Shown one piece after another: positions 34,200-47,822 of a stretch of DNA of 64,000 bases (positions are counted from its first letter, which is position 1; every line of letters starts with the position of its first letter). Position numbers and translations under genes: made by a program. This stretch comes from Macrostomum lignano (taxonomy: Eukaryota). The notes under the pieces were generated by a model. The model had not been told where the DNA came from. It did no database searches and saw nothing but the letters and a program-made list of their open reading frames with translations. The DNA lies in the NCBI GenBank assembly GCA_002269645.1, contig NIVC01000903.1, positions 486,885 to 550,884 on the forward strand. The letters run 5' to 3'.

Positions 34200-35163
34200 C
34201 TCAACAGTAAATTAAAATCGCTCATCAACAACAGTACGTCAGAATCGCTCATAAACAAGAGTACATCAGAATCGCTCATCAACAACAGTACATCAGAATC
34301 GCTCATAAACAAGAGTACATCAGAATCGCTCATCAACAACAGTACATCAGAATCGCTCATCAACAACAGTACATCAGAATCGCTCATCAACAACAGTACA
34401 TCAGAATCGCTCATAAACAAGAGTACATCAGAATCGCTCATCAACAACAGTACATCAGAATCGCTCATAAACAAGAGTACATCAGAATCGCTCATCAACA
34501 ACAGTACATCAGAATCGCTCATCAACAACAGTACATCAGAATCGCTCATCAACAACAGTACATCAGAATCGCTCATCAACAACAGTACATCAGAATCGCT
34601 CATCAACAACAGTACATCAGAATCGCTCATAAACAAGAGTACATCAGAATCGCTCATAAACAAGAGTACATCAGAATCGCCATCAAGAACAACACATCAG
34701 AATCGCTCATCAGCAGCACATCAGAATCGCTCATCAACAGCACATTAGAATCGCCGTCAACAACAGTACATCAGAATCGCTCATAAACAAGAGTACATCA
34801 GAATCGCCCATCAACAACAGCACATTAGAATCGCCATCAAGAACAACACATCAGAATCGCTCATCAGCAGCACATCAGAATCGCTCATCAGCAGCACATC
34901 AGAATCGCTCATCAGCAGCACATCAGAATCGCTCATCAGCAGCACATTAGAATCGCTCATCAACAGCACATCAGAATCGCCCCTCAACAACAGCACATTA
35001 GAATCGCCGTCAACAACAGTACATCAGAATCGCTCATCAACAACAGTACATCAGAATCGCTCATAAACAAGAGTACATCAGAATTGCCCATCAACAACAG
35101 CATATTAGAATCGCCATCAAGAACAACACATCAGAATCGTCCATCAGCAGCACATCAGAATCG
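34200..35163. repeat. 27-bp minisatellite grading into 24-bp variants
   Basis: Unit atcagaatcgctcatcaacaacagtac. Confidence 0.95.
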
Positions 35164-35779
35164 CTAGAACTGTTGCTAACAGTACTGTTGTTGGTTGCTA
35201 CTGGTAACATACCCAAAAAGGGAATGGCCCATAGGCGGCCTCTTAAAATGCATGTCAACAGTGCTTAGAATTGCTTGACTCACGGAAGGCCCTCTAGCTC
35301 GCCAAGATTTGATTAGAATCCAGGCAGCACTGGTCGCACTTTTTAAAAAAATCCCACCCAGTTTTTCATTGCCGCTCCATTATCCGACTGAAAGCTTTTT
35401 AGTCTCTGTTTTTCCCTATGGGAGTCGCTTCCCCGCGTCCTCAACAGCCCAATGCAAAGGATGAAAGTCATAAATATTACAGTAGTTGTACTGCGGGCGA
35501 TAGATTTATGAATCGGCGGCCTCTGCTGCTCCTCATTTTTCGCTCCTCAGGACGAATTTCAAGTGGGCTCCATCTAGCAACTGCACTCATAGTTAAGGGG
35601 CGGAGCAGCTTAGCGACCCCTAGTTCGATTCCGATTCGAAATCTTCAGTTGGTGCGTCTGTGCATTGAAAATTGGTTCAGGACTCAGAGTGTATATGCCT
35701 GATGAGTAGAAAGTCGGAGTGTGAGCGTGTGCATGAGTGCGTGCTTGCATACAGTATTGGCGGCTTGTGTGTGCTCTTC

Positions 35780-36235
35780 AACAGGAGAGAATAGATGACA
35801 GATCAAAGAAAGAAACAAAAGGAGATAGGATAGACCAGGCAAGAAGAGAGAAAAGAGAGAAGCGAGAATAGAAGGGAAAGAGGAGAGATGAGAGAGAAGA
35901 GGAGAGATACGAGTACGAGAGAAGAGAGGAGAGAAGAGAAGAGAGATAAGAGGAGAAAAAGAGGAAGGAGAAAAGGGGAGAGTAGAGGGGGATAAGAGAG
36001 AAGAGAGAAGACAGGAGGGAGTAGAGACCAGACGATATAGTAGAGAGGAGATAGGAGGGAGTAGAGACCAGACGAGATAGAAGAGATAAAAGAGTAGGGA
36101 GAAGAGATGAAAGAGTAGGAAGAGAGAGATATGAGAGCAAATAAAGGAGAGATCAGAGATGATAGATAAGAGCAGAGAGGAGAGATTAGAGATGAGAGAC
36201 CAAAGAGGAGAGAGGAGACATGAGAGAGTCTCAGT
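35780..36235. repeat. GA-rich (polypurine) low-complexity tract
   Basis: The plus strand is almost exclusively A/G. Confidence 0.9.
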
Positions 36236-36299
36236 CTGAACAATGGCAGTGGAGAAATGGTATTTGAGAGGTTTTGTAGAGGATTTGGAGAGGATTTGG

Positions 36300-36560
36300 A
36301 AGATGGAATTCGGGTCATCGGATTCAGCTGATGGATTTCATGGAAATGGAATTCTGTCGATGGAAGTTCCATCCCTCCTCCAACGGAGGAGTTGGCCTCG
36401 TCATTATTATCACTATGTCTCAAATAACCAGGAACACAAAAATATTCCATATGCTTCCTCGAAATTCCGAGGGCAGGTGCTGAAGTTTATGCGGCAGGAT
36501 TTTGTTTATTGTCAAGGAGTTGACAACAGGCGCCTGAGCCGTGAGAGGCCCAGGATTTGC
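36300..36560 (-). pseudogene. Possible relic of a non-LTR retrotransposon AP endonuclease (RTE-like)
   Basis: Broken frames VVNSLTINKILPHKLQHLPSE and FCVPGYLRH..VGGG resemble the APE N-terminal and PGY..GGG motifs. Weak. Confidence 0.3.
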
Positions 36561-37094
36561 AACAGGCTTTGCCGGGCGCTGTCTGTCACAGGATCTGCAC
36601 GCGCGGGGATTTGCTCATCAGAGTTGTCATTCCAGGGTCCGAGGAAAAAGGGTAATATAACAAGTTGCGCATTTTGGGGGGAATTATAGGTATCAAGTTT
36701 TTCAGTCAAGGAGACTTTAGTGCGTTTCGGTTTGCAGGTGCAGGCATAGTGGATTGGGCGGTAAGAGCGGATTGATGCCGACTCTTATATAGCCTTTCGC
36801 TTTTCAAGCAGAAACGCGGCAGTTTTTCAGCGAATTTGCTGGAATAAAAAATTCACTTTTTGCGACCTTCGGGGGAGCTTGCATAAAACAACAACTAGCT
36901 AGTGCGGGTTTAATTAGCAATTGACTTTGCCAACTCGCTCTTAGTTTCTGGACAAACAGCACTTCCTTCTTTGATAAAATATTCTGCAAAAAACTATGTG
37001 CGCGCTATTTAAATACGCTGGATTCGTGGTTGCGAAATCCATTATCAATTATTTTGTCTCAGTCTGTTCGCTCCTCTCCGTTCTTTCTACCCAT

Positions 37095-40000
37095 TCAACA
37101 GATGTCGTGCCACTGGTGCACCGTGCTGGGCTGGTTCCGGAAACAGTCGCTCCATTGGGCTGCCCCGCTGCCTCCGGCGACGCTCACCGGCCCGATGACC
37201 GCCCGGCCGAGGAGGCGGGCGCCGACCATGGCCATGCGGGTGCGGGCGCAGGCTACCACCATGAGGTAGGTCTCGCCGTCATCCTGAGCGCCCGGCGCCA
37301 CTCGGAACCGGAACTCCTGGTTGATAGTAGACAGCTCGGCTGAGCTCGATAGCTTCAACGGCGGGCCTTTGCGCGACTTCTTTTTGCGCTCTTGGCGCAT
37401 CAGGCTGACTCGGAATTGCACTGAGACTGTTGGCGATAGAGGCGGGGTGGGTTAATCGATGTTTTGTTAAACCTGTTGCTTAATATAATGGACATTTTTC
37501 TTAGAAATAAGCTTTCGAGGAATCGAATTTCTCTCGACCGAATCTTTCTATGGCAAAACTCCATTCAGCGCCATCCATGCGGTCTTGAGAGCACACTAAA
37601 TGCGACAAATATCCGTTCCTTACCGGCCTAGGAACCATGGACAGCTAAAAAACCTTCTGGACTTCCCATTTGCAAATGGACGAAGCGTGCATTTTGTCCG
37701 AGATGATCCGAGTCTCTTTAGCTAATGCTTTAAAATGCTAAAAAGCCAGCGAAATGTGGACGATTTGCAAGTGCAGAGGCTCCTACCTCGTCTGAGGATC
37801 TGAGATAAAAAACACACATCTGCCTAGTGCTCGTACTTCTTCCAGTCAGACAGTCAGTTACCTGACCTGTGTAGATGAAGTATGTTAGCTTTTTACCTGT
37901 GCCTGCTGACTGCTCACAATGAGCACAATGCCCGGATTTGGGACCGGCTCAACGAGCGCGCTCTCTCTCTCTCTCTCTCTGCCTCTCAATAAAAGTCATC
38001 ACTAAGCCTGCATATTAGCCTGGGCAGGCCCTGGGATCGGGAAGGGACTCACCGTCAGTGTCTTTCACTCGGAGGTCGCGGCACTCGAGTAGGCCAATGG
38101 TGAGCAGGCGCTGCTTCTGGCTGTAGGCCAGCGAGGCGTGCAGGCGGCTGGGAGGCTGGCCCGGCCGGCTCTGCGGAGGCGGAGGGGGGAGGCGGTTGCG
38201 CGAAGCTGCATGTAAAGACAGAAAGAGCAGACTAAATGGCTGTCCATGCAGTCCAAGCCAGCTAAGGGGCTTTGGGTGTGGCCAAATATGGAGCCGAGCG
38301 AGACCCCATGGCTGCACTTCTAATAAACTATTTAGTCTGGGGCCAACTCAAAGTTAATGAGGAAGTGAGTAAACACGATACCAAGAGGGTTGTCGACAGT
38401 GCAATTTGATGGAGCATTGGGCTCGTTATCGTTTACTCTAGCGTCTATAGCAACCGACATCTTGATTAACTGCGCTATTGGAGTCAAGGTCATTAATTAG
38501 TTAGGCGATGCGATCTTATTAGCTAACTCGGCTCGAAGTCAGAGATCCATCAAAGTTTGCGCGCACTGTTTGTGAAAAAGTACAAACTGGACCTCTTCGA
38601 AGCGAGACTGGACCTCTTCTAAACAAGACTGGACCTCTTGTAAAACAAGACTGGACCTCTTCCAAAACAAGACTGGACCTCTTCTAAAACAAGACTGGAC
38701 CTCTTCGAATCGAGACTGGACCTCTTCTAAACAAGACTGGACCTCTTGTAAAACAAGACTGGACCTCTTCTAAAACAAGACTGGACCTCTTCTAAAACAA
38801 GACTGGACCTCTTCGAATCGAGACTGGACCTCTTCTAAACAAGACTGGACCTCTTGTAAAACAAGACTGGACCTCTTCTAAAACAAGACTGGACCTCTTC
38901 TAAAACAAGACTGGACCTCTTCTAAACAAGACTGGACCTCTTGTAAAACAAGACTGGACCTCTTCCAAAACAAGACTGGACCTCTTCTAAAACAAGACTG
39001 GACCTCTTCGAATCGAGACTGGACCTCTTCTAAACAAGACTGGACCTCTTGTAAAACAAGACTGGACCTCTTCTAAAACAAGACTGGACCTCTTGTAAAA
39101 CAAGACTGGACCTCTTCTAAAACAAGACTGGACCTCTTCTAAAACAAGACTGGACCTCTTCTAAACAAGACTGGACCTCTTCTAAAACAAGACTGGACCT
39201 CTTCTAAAACAAGACTGGACCTCTTCTAAAACAAGACTGGACCTCTTCGAATCGAGACTGGACCTCTTCTAAACAAGACTGGACCTCTTGTAAAACAAGA
39301 CTGGACCTCTTCTAAAACAAGACTGGACCTCTTCTAAAACAAGACTGGACCTCTTCTAAACAAGACTGGACCTCTTCTAAAACAAGACTGGACCTCTTCT
39401 AAAACAAGACTGGACCTCTTCTAAAACAAGACTGGACCTCTTCTAAAACAAGACTGGACCTCTTCTAAAACAAGACTGGACCTCTTCGAATCGAGACTGG
39501 ACCTCTTCTAAACAGGACTGGACCTCTTCGAAGCGAGACTGGGACGGCCCCAATAGCCTAATCTTAGTAGATATGCACCTTGTCAAAGAGCATCTCAGCG
39601 GAACTCTCCAAACGCATCAACTCACAGCCAACTCGCTCGGTGGAGTTTGCAGGTCGCGCCAGAACTCGTGACCGCCAGAGCCCAGCTTCAGAAGCGGAGC
39701 CGCCGGGATGCTGCACACGCCCAGCAGCTGCGACTTGCCGCGGAAGCTGGTCGCCCGCTCCTTGACGCGAAAGACGAGCAACAGGTCGCGCGCCGCCTCC
39801 TCGCTGTCGCAGTGCAGCACAAAGCGACGCTCAAGAAATTTCGGATTGCAGGCGGCGCTCACAAGCTGGGTCCGGTGCTTACCGCCGTCCGGGCCGGCTC
39901 TGAATGACACGTAGAAGAAGCTCACGTTGCCAGGCAACCGGCTCATCAGGTGGCGCGCCTCCAGCACAGTCACGGCCAGCCGGCCGCCTGACTCCATCTC

Positions 40001-40621
40001 CAGCCGGACGCACAGCCGGCCAAGCGAGGTCTCGTGGCGAGCCGAGCCGCAGTCCGAGTCGGCGCTGTCGGCGCCACGGTACAGGTTGACGTCGATGCCG
40101 AACTCCTCCAGCAGCGAGGCTGTTGTGTCGGCGTCTCCGCTGGATGACCCGGACTGCGGTAGCTGCTGCTGGTCCTGCACGTCGCCCTGACTCCGGGCTC
40201 GCTGGCGTCGAAGATAGTCGACGGCGCCGCCGGCGCGGCTTCGGGACGGCCGGCCGCTTGACGGCTCCTCTACGGAGGTGCCGTTGCCGATTCGTCGGCC
40301 GCCTCGGGTGGTGAAGGTCCGGTAGCTGGCCGGCTGCTGCAGCGGCACGGCGATACCTCCGCGGGTCTCGTCGACCGTGCGGGCCGACATCCAAGCGAAG
40401 CAGCAGTTGCTGTCACGCCGACTGTCGCTGCTGCTGCTGCTGCCACCGCCGCCACTGCTGCAGCTGCTGTTGTCGCTGCTGAAGATGCTCCGGCGGAAGG
40501 TTTTGGCTTTTTGCTGCTTCCGCCTGCGCCACAGCCAGAAGCCGGCGGCGGTGGCAGCAGCCGCAGCGACGCAGACCGCTGCCACACCGGCCGCCAGAAT
40601 GGCCGCCTCGGCTGCCTGCAT
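37095..40621 (-). CDS. Synaptotagmin-like protein (N-terminal TM + two C2 domains, lacking Ca2+-binding Asp); complement(join(37095..37426,38053..38170,39626..40621)), 481 aa
   Basis: A hydrophobic N-terminus is followed by WRRRKQQK. C2A reads GRLCVRLEM..LAVTVLEARHL..RTQLVSAACNPKF. C2B reads LHASLAYSQKQRLLTIGLLECRDL and ends GAAQWSDCFRNQPSTVHQWHDIC, resembling the synaptotagmin C-terminal WHxL motif. Donors GCT|GTGAGT and G|GTGAGT match pyrimidine-rich acceptors in phase. Confidence 0.8.
38585..39542. repeat. 21-22-bp minisatellite in synaptotagmin-like intron 1
   Basis: Unit gactggacctcttctaaaacaa, with periodic cgaatcga variants. Confidence 0.95.
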
Positions 40622-42346
40622 GCTCTCTGACTTGCCTGCCTGTCTGTTGATGATGGAGTCTGTTGATGACTCAATCTTAAGATTCTTCAGTACGGGCGAA
40701 CTGAAAGTTTTTACTCGGCTGATTTTGTCTGATGATATTTTTGGTTTTTCCTATTCGAGAGATTCCCGATTTTATAGACTGTCGCCCACCCCTGGCGCGA
40801 AATCCTCTTTGAGTCTCTGCTCCCACATCCCCGCTCCCCTGTTTCTTCTCTACTCGCTCGCCTTCCGTACGCTTGAGATTGGCCAATCCCGGTTCGACCC
40901 GAACAAAAATGATCTCCAAGCCTGCCCAGAATCCCGCGCCTCATCCTTCAACAGACATCCCTTGGCGCGTCTTACCTGTGAGGGGGGAGGGGTGGGTGGA
41001 GATGATAATCAGCAGGAGTAGCAAAATTGAAAATAACTGGCAAAAATTTCGCGCCCGCTCTGATGCGTGTTTTTGTCGCTAAGTAGCGGCTGAGTGGGTA
41101 GAGAGGCAGGTAAGGGAGTTATTGGAAAATTTGTTTACTGCCTGCTGGCAGCCGAAATTGCCGCCGCTCCAGTTGCCGCTTTCAGCGCCTGGGATTTAAA
41201 GAGACCGGCAAATTGAGCAATCTCGACTCGGGAAGGCGTGGGGGTGGAGACTTATCGCGAATAAGCGGCTGCTCTAGAGCCGCACCTGGCTCTTGTCTAT
41301 TATTATTTCCCAGCTTGAGTATGGGAATCGCTGAGTGCCCGCTTAGCAGGTAGGGCCGGAGAAGGGGGGCGCTAAGCTCCGCGGGGTCCGGTTGCCCATC
41401 ATCTCCCGGCTTTAATGAGCTGCGTTGCCTCGTCTTCAGCCTCGTCAGCAACGGTTCACTCTCGTGTAATAAAATATTGCATAAAGAATCCGTTTGACGG
41501 CTCAAATGAAAGACCTCGCCAGCTGTCCGATTAGCTGCTATTCGAGACCTCGCGATTTTAATAAGCGGCTTTGCTAATCCTGCAGCAGCAATTCGAGCTG
41601 GGGCGGGAGGGGCGGTGCTTCGACGAACAGAGATTAAGAAACCTCCCTTAGCTTCCTTTCTGTTCTTTGCTATGTCTCTTAAAAGCATTGCGGTGTTGCT
41701 TTGGAAGCTAAAATTTGATTTATTTGCTATCTTTCAGGCGCCGCCGCCCGGGCTAGGAGGCCATTTTTGAGAGCGACACCTTGCATCATCAAATGGATTG
41801 CCTGGAAAGGTGACAGGCGGAATAAAGGATTGGATTATAAAACAGGTGGCTAATTTAACTAATGGCACTCAGGCAGACTATTCTCTTGGCTCACTAAATG
41901 CACTACGACTGTGGAATACTTTTGTACCTTAGTTTTTAGTTTTTGTTTTTTGCGTCTTTAGCACAAAATGCTCTTTTTATGAGGGAATTTTGAGAGAAAG
42001 TTAAATTTTTTTCGAGGCCAATTTCCTGGGAAAACACTGTGGAGATAGGAAAAGTTTATTTTTTTCATAAACAAATCTATGATTGCATTTGATCTGGGGC
42101 AGTAAAGATTACCATTCCTTTGATTTAACGTGCACAAATGTTGCTCTGTTGTATTTTATATAGTTGGATAGTGAAATATTCATTTTCTTATTATTTTCTT
42201 CTCATTTAATATGCTGAAGCCACGTACAGTTGTACATGCTCTCAAGTGAAATTTTCATTTTATTTCATCTTGAAACAAGTATATTTGTAATAAATTTGTT
42301 GCATGTGCAGGTACTCTAATGCAGATAAGAAAAGGTAATCTGTGAT

Positions 42347-43017
42347 AAAGTGGCCAGTGAGCATTGTGACTCTCTGTTGTGGTCTGATATACTGTACATG
42401 TAGCTAAAGTGGCCAGTGAGCAATGTGGCTCTTTGTTGTGGTCTGATATACTGTACATGTAGCTAAAGTCGCCAGTGAGCAATGTGGCTCTTTGTTGTGG
42501 TCTGATATACTGTACATGTAGCTAAAGTCGCCAGTGAGCAATGTGGCTCTTTGTTGTGGTCTGATATACTGTACATGTAGCTAAAGTCGCCAGTGAGCAA
42601 TGTGGCTCTTTGTTGTGGTCTGATATACTGTACATGTAGCTAAAGTCGCCAGTGAGCAATGTGGCTCTTTGTTGTGGTCTGATACATGTAGCTTAAGTCG
42701 CCAGTGAGCAATGTGGCTCTTTGTTGTTGTCTGATACATGTAGCTTAAGTCGCCAGTGGGCAATGTGGCTCTTTGTTGTGATCTGATACATGTAGCTTAA
42801 GTCGCCAGTGAGCAATGTGGCTCTTTGTTGTGGTCTGATACATGTAGCTTAAGTCGCCAGTGAGCAATGTGGCTCTTTGTTGTGGTCTGATACATGTAGC
42901 TTAAGTCGCCAGTGAGCAATGTGGCTCTTTGTTGTGGTCTGATACATGTAGCTTAAGTCGCCAGTGAGCAATGTGGCTCTTTGTTGTGGTCTGATACATG
43001 TAGCTTAAGTCGCCAGT
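42347..43017. repeat. 59/51-bp minisatellite
   Basis: Unit gtcgccagtgagcaatgtggctctttgttgtggtctgata(tactgta)catgtagctaaa. The later copies are shorter. Confidence 0.95.
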
Positions 43018-44271
43018 GGCGCAACGGGTGTCATGGATGTCGCAGCGATCGTGCGGCGCATGGAAGGATTCACTCGTCGTTGAGTTTCAGACTCTCTGCT
43101 GAGCAAACGACTGAAGAAGCATATTGGAGACGGAAACAAAAAGAGGGGAGGGGATCGAAGCACGTGAATTATGCAGACCAGAAGTGGAGCAGCAGAGGCA
43201 GTCAGACAGAAGCTTTATCCGAGACTCAACCGATCGTGACACACGAGACCCAGAGCCGAGGCGTGCATGGCTAAACGGCTTATGCATACCAATAGGCGCG
43301 AAAGGCTTCAGTAAAAATTGCCCCAGACTCAAGCATCAGAGAGTACAGAATCCCTGCAAACACAGCAGCAGGCAAGCAGTTTTTTATCTAGCTCAGGCGC
43401 ATCCCCCCAGGCATGCGCACGAATTCTATACACGAACTCGAGCATTCTGCACGGCATTAGTAGCTAAGGGGCAATTATACTGTGCGTATTATGTGCCAGA
43501 ACAGAATACCAATGCACAGCTGCTTTGCCTCCTTCATCAATGTCTATATCTATCAGTCTGCCGCCCCACTCTCGCCGCTGTTGAGCATTCTGTACTATTT
43601 GATGTTAGTTGAACAAATTCGTGCAGAGTGAATTATAAATGTGAATTATTAATGAAATAATCCTCAAACTGAGTTGCTGCAGAGACTGCAAGCATCATTC
43701 CAGATCCCTTCTTTATTTGTTAAATATAAAAAATAGCCGCGATGCTGCATGGCCTTTAGGGTTATATTTATGAACATATATATTGAACTTCTACATATAT
43801 TACAAACATATTGAACTTCTGTTTAACACGTAGAACAATTACTATACCACGAAGGGTTCATGTAAAATAGAAATTTCTCAAGCTATTGTTTTTTATCGAT
43901 AACACCGGCAACCCTCGGTTTTTAAATGGCTGTAAGTCGCAGTAAGAATGCTCTGGGCCCAGTTTAGGAAAATTTTCTGCCGAGCTTTTCACTGTATCTA
44001 CAGAAGAAAATACCGCTAAGAAAATGCACGCCTTGTAGGAAACATTTCAGCAAGTAATTATCCTGTATCCCAGAGACAATTTGAGCGAACGGCTATTTGC
44101 AATCCCTCTGCAGCTGCTGCTCCGCGGCCGAACCAACATCTGACTCGTACACACGTATGTAGATGGGATTTCCACAATGGTACGCTCGTAGATTGTGTGA
44201 TTGTATAGTTATGTTGCATCTTTGAAGAATGGTTAAAGCGTAGCGCACTGTATAGAATTATCGGGTCTATA

Positions 44272-44720
44272 CTCAGCAACAGCTAAACCCCCCCCCCAAC
44301 TCACGCTGTCACACGGCCCAAAAGTTTTGTATGCCATCGGTGACTCAGAAATGTGTGAAGGCTGCCGCCGCCAGACGCGAGCGCAAAGTGCGGCATGGGG
44401 GATTTGGGGAGGGAGTGGCGCAACTCAAAGTCTCCAGACATGAACCCCATCGAGCATGTCTGGGACTTTGTAAAGCGAAGAGTTCAGCAGGATGCCCCAC
44501 AGAATGCTGAACAGTTGCGACTGGCGGTGCTGAATGTCTGGCAGCAGCTGCCCCAAGAGTTCATCAACCGGCTGGTGATCAGGATGCCACGACGAGTCAC
44601 GGCACTTTTGCATGCTCGTGGTTCCTACACACGATACTGAGACTAGAATTAAAGACATTGCTTAACTTTTGTGCCCGTGTGACAGCGTGAGTTGGGGGGG
44701 GGGGGTTAGCTGTTGCTGAG
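44272..44720 (+). mobile_element. Internally deleted Tc1-like element (449 bp)
   Basis: About 55-bp TIRs CTCAGCAACAGCTAA(C)nAACTCACGCTGTCACACGG with TA flanks. It keeps only the transposase C-terminus SPDMNPIEHVWD..RMPRRVTALLHARGSYTRY (44395..44640). Confidence 0.85.
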
Positions 44721-44818
44721 TATATAAGAATTTCCCGCAGCGATGTTTTCCCGCAGCGAGGTTTTCCCGAAGGGTTATTCCAGTCGGAATTTCAAGTCAG
44801 ATCCAATCGGATTTGAAA

Positions 44819-44890
44819 TCTAGTCTAGTCCAGTTCTAATCTAGTATAGTTTTTAATCTAGTCTAGTCTAGTCTAGTCTAGTCTAGTCCA
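44819..44890. repeat. (CTAGT)n microsatellite
   Basis: Directly visible. Confidence 0.85.
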
Positions 44891-47822
44891 GCATTCTTTA
44901 GACTGGATTTGAGCGGCCATTATTTCACACTTTTGATTTGATTGGACGAGAGATGGGGTGGGTGGGTCACTTGGGGCAGAGGGGTTATGATGTACATTGA
45001 TTACGCGTGGCAAGAAGATAATAGGCGAGTCCAAAAACCTAAATAAATTAATTTCATTAATAAAATCATAGAAGTATACCTGCTCTTGTCAATTGGAAAC
45101 AATCTGCCGCTGCAGGAGTCGCGCGCTGAATGGTGCAATAATGACCGTTTTGACTTGGCATTGTGTCTGGGAAAAAGTTCTTACAATGAGCCGCTTGTCA
45201 TGATCCACCTGTCTTCGTAATTCCTCGATACAAAGATCCATGCATGTACATTGTACATCGTACATGCACATGTAATTAAGCCAAGGCCTAGCTTGTACTC
45301 CCCCCTATGAAAGCCGAATGAAAGCCGCAACATGCCAATTCCGACGCTCTCCACAAGCTAGCTAGACATCTAGCTAACCATCTTGCGAATTGCAATTGAC
45401 TTATCAACCGTGTGTGTGTCGGTCCTGGCTGCATTTTGCAGTAATTGCTGACTGTGCTGGTAATTGTCGCAATTTTGTGCCTCCGAATATAATTGACCGT
45501 CTTGAACAGTCTGGAAATTACGGGACCGCTTTTAAGTAGCCCGCGTAATTGCAATCTGAATTTTCTTTTAATTTTACATGCGACAAGAAAATACTATGCA
45601 TGCAGTATATGGAGAACCAGAAAAAAAAGCATTACACAGGCACGATCAGTCCTGTAAGCTCAATCAATCGCATATGGAGAGACAAACCATTTTTAGTATA
45701 TGGATTTAGTTGTTCAATTTTCAATTGTGCCCAGGTGCTTGATTGCCATGATCGTAATTGCGCTGCAAGAAATTGTCTAAACAAGCAGGCCGCTGCAATT
45801 GTAGCAGTTAATCGATCATGCAAAATAGCCTGAGCAGAAGATTTTCTATGATGGCCTGCAGGCGAGCGTCGCCATATGGATTTTAAGGTGGGGGGGGGGG
45901 ACAAAGCCAAGAATTATGCATGCACGGACTTTTTATTTAATTTTTGAAATACAGGTTTTTTATCCAGCCTGATAGAATGAATAAATGTATTAAATATTAC
46001 ATTCGTTTTTATAATTTATATCATTACAAAACTTGACAGCTGCTGAAATTCTTAGCCGGTACCTTAATTAGTTCCTTGCCGCAAGTTTTCTCCGCTGGCA
46101 ACTTTCTCGGCTGGCAAAGTTCGTAGTACATGTAGGACCCTGCACAATTGCATTCGAGGTGCCATGGTACTTGAGAGCGACCGGCCATCATCTCATTTAT
46201 TGGAATTGGGCGTTAAATGTCAGAGGCACCGTTTCATTTGAAGGAAAGCCATTTTACTTTTTGACTTGTTATGGTTACAGAGCCAGAAGCGCTATGTACA
46301 TGCAAGCTTGTTAGTAGCACCAGCAGCGGTAAGTACCGGGGGCGCCAGCAGCATCCTAGGGTGTGACTGACAACTAGCACAGGATGCCAGGACCAAGGGG
46401 TGGCCAGCAACAGGAGAGCTGCTGTAAGAGGTTGCTTTACTTTTAAGATATAACTTTTGGCAAGCCCATAACTACATGTACATGTACGCCTAGATCTAGA
46501 GTACGTAATGATTAACATCGCGTATTACTACGCATTAGCTTATAATCTGATGTTAATTTATTACTGCAGACTGAGATTAAATTTTCCAAACAAAGGAGTT
46601 GCTGCATAACTTATGTTTGTGTGATTGCATGTGCACAAGTAAAATACAAAATAAATTCTTTGATTAATACACGTAAAGACAATTAAATATTATTCAATTA
46701 TAAAATATTAAAAAATTATAAATATACAAATACAGATATCAAAATTTTATCGAACAAAGCTGTGCGCCATAGTGCGGTAAATACGACTGAAATGTACAAA
46801 AAATCCTTATAATTTTCTGTAGGTTTTAAGTCGGTTGCGTTGTAGCTAAGAGAATTAGAAAAGTCAAGCTATAGTTTCGTCACCTTTATACTCATGCAGC
46901 CGTAAATTCCTAAAATTGCACCGCTTTGTTTCTTTTGAGTTTTCCTCAATCCAAAACTTAAATCCTAGCTGAAACAGAGTTTGACATAGTATAGTTTAAT
47001 ACTTACTACCTTGTTCAATTAAAAAAAGTAAGTTTAGTTTATTCTATTTTAATTTAAACTTGACCGACACTTCTTTCTTAGAAGTATCGCCAGCACCATT
47101 ACTTTGCAAAACACGTAGGCTGTAGCACGTTTCTGTTGTATTTAGGACTAAGGAGCTTAAGCCGAGCTACCGATTCATAATAAAAATTAATGTTGCATAG
47201 CATAGCACAGCCATTTTGACTGTGATTTTCATCGAATTTAGGTCCAGGAAGGTAGCCTAATATCTAGATTAATTAGACCTGGCTTAAGTTATGTTATGTG
47301 TGAAGTGTGGCATTTTTTAGGGGTTTTATGAGTGACATTTTCGTCTTCAACAAAAATTTAGATAGGCCTAAAGCCTTTTGCCTGCGGCACTTTAATGCTT
47401 ACTGCAATTTTTATTAAATTAAAGTGATTGTTTGTTTCAAATCACGTTTCAGCATTCAACTACAAAATTGCCTGCCTACATATCTATAACTATATTATTA
47501 TATTAGACTTAGTTTTAGACTTAGAGTTAGACATTAACATTAATAATAAAGTAATAATATTAATGCTAAGGCAGGCTGCAGTGGCCTTTTTGCTATTTAA
47601 TAAAGATTAGGGCCTAGCCTAGCAGGTTGACAATATTTATCATTAGGATTATCCAATTATGCCTAGATAGCTTAGGCCTACTGCTTATAGCTATAGCCCA
47701 GGATATAATTTTTGTTCAAAATCCTAAATATATTCCCTATGCTATGTGTGCTAGGCCCAAACAAAAACTTGTGCATTTGTGTATAGGCCTACCTATAGTT
47801 TAGATTGTATATTAATGTATGC

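Noticed and set aside
34160-34748. Long ORFs on both strands (MSDSDVLLL / SESLINNST repeats)
   Set aside because: They are translations of a 27-bp tandem array whose unit is a multiple of 3. No splice context or unique coding flanks.
35699-35712. CTGATGA..GAAA hammerhead ribozyme core
   Set aside because: Only GTA separates the two halves, so stem II cannot form, and no flanking stems I/III were found. CTGATGA at about 3407 has no GAAA partner.
40377-41688. 214-aa (+) and 168-aa (-) ORFs near the synaptotagmin-like 5' end
   Set aside because: The first partly shadows the antisense exon, and neither has recognisable domains. Likely promoter/UTR DNA.
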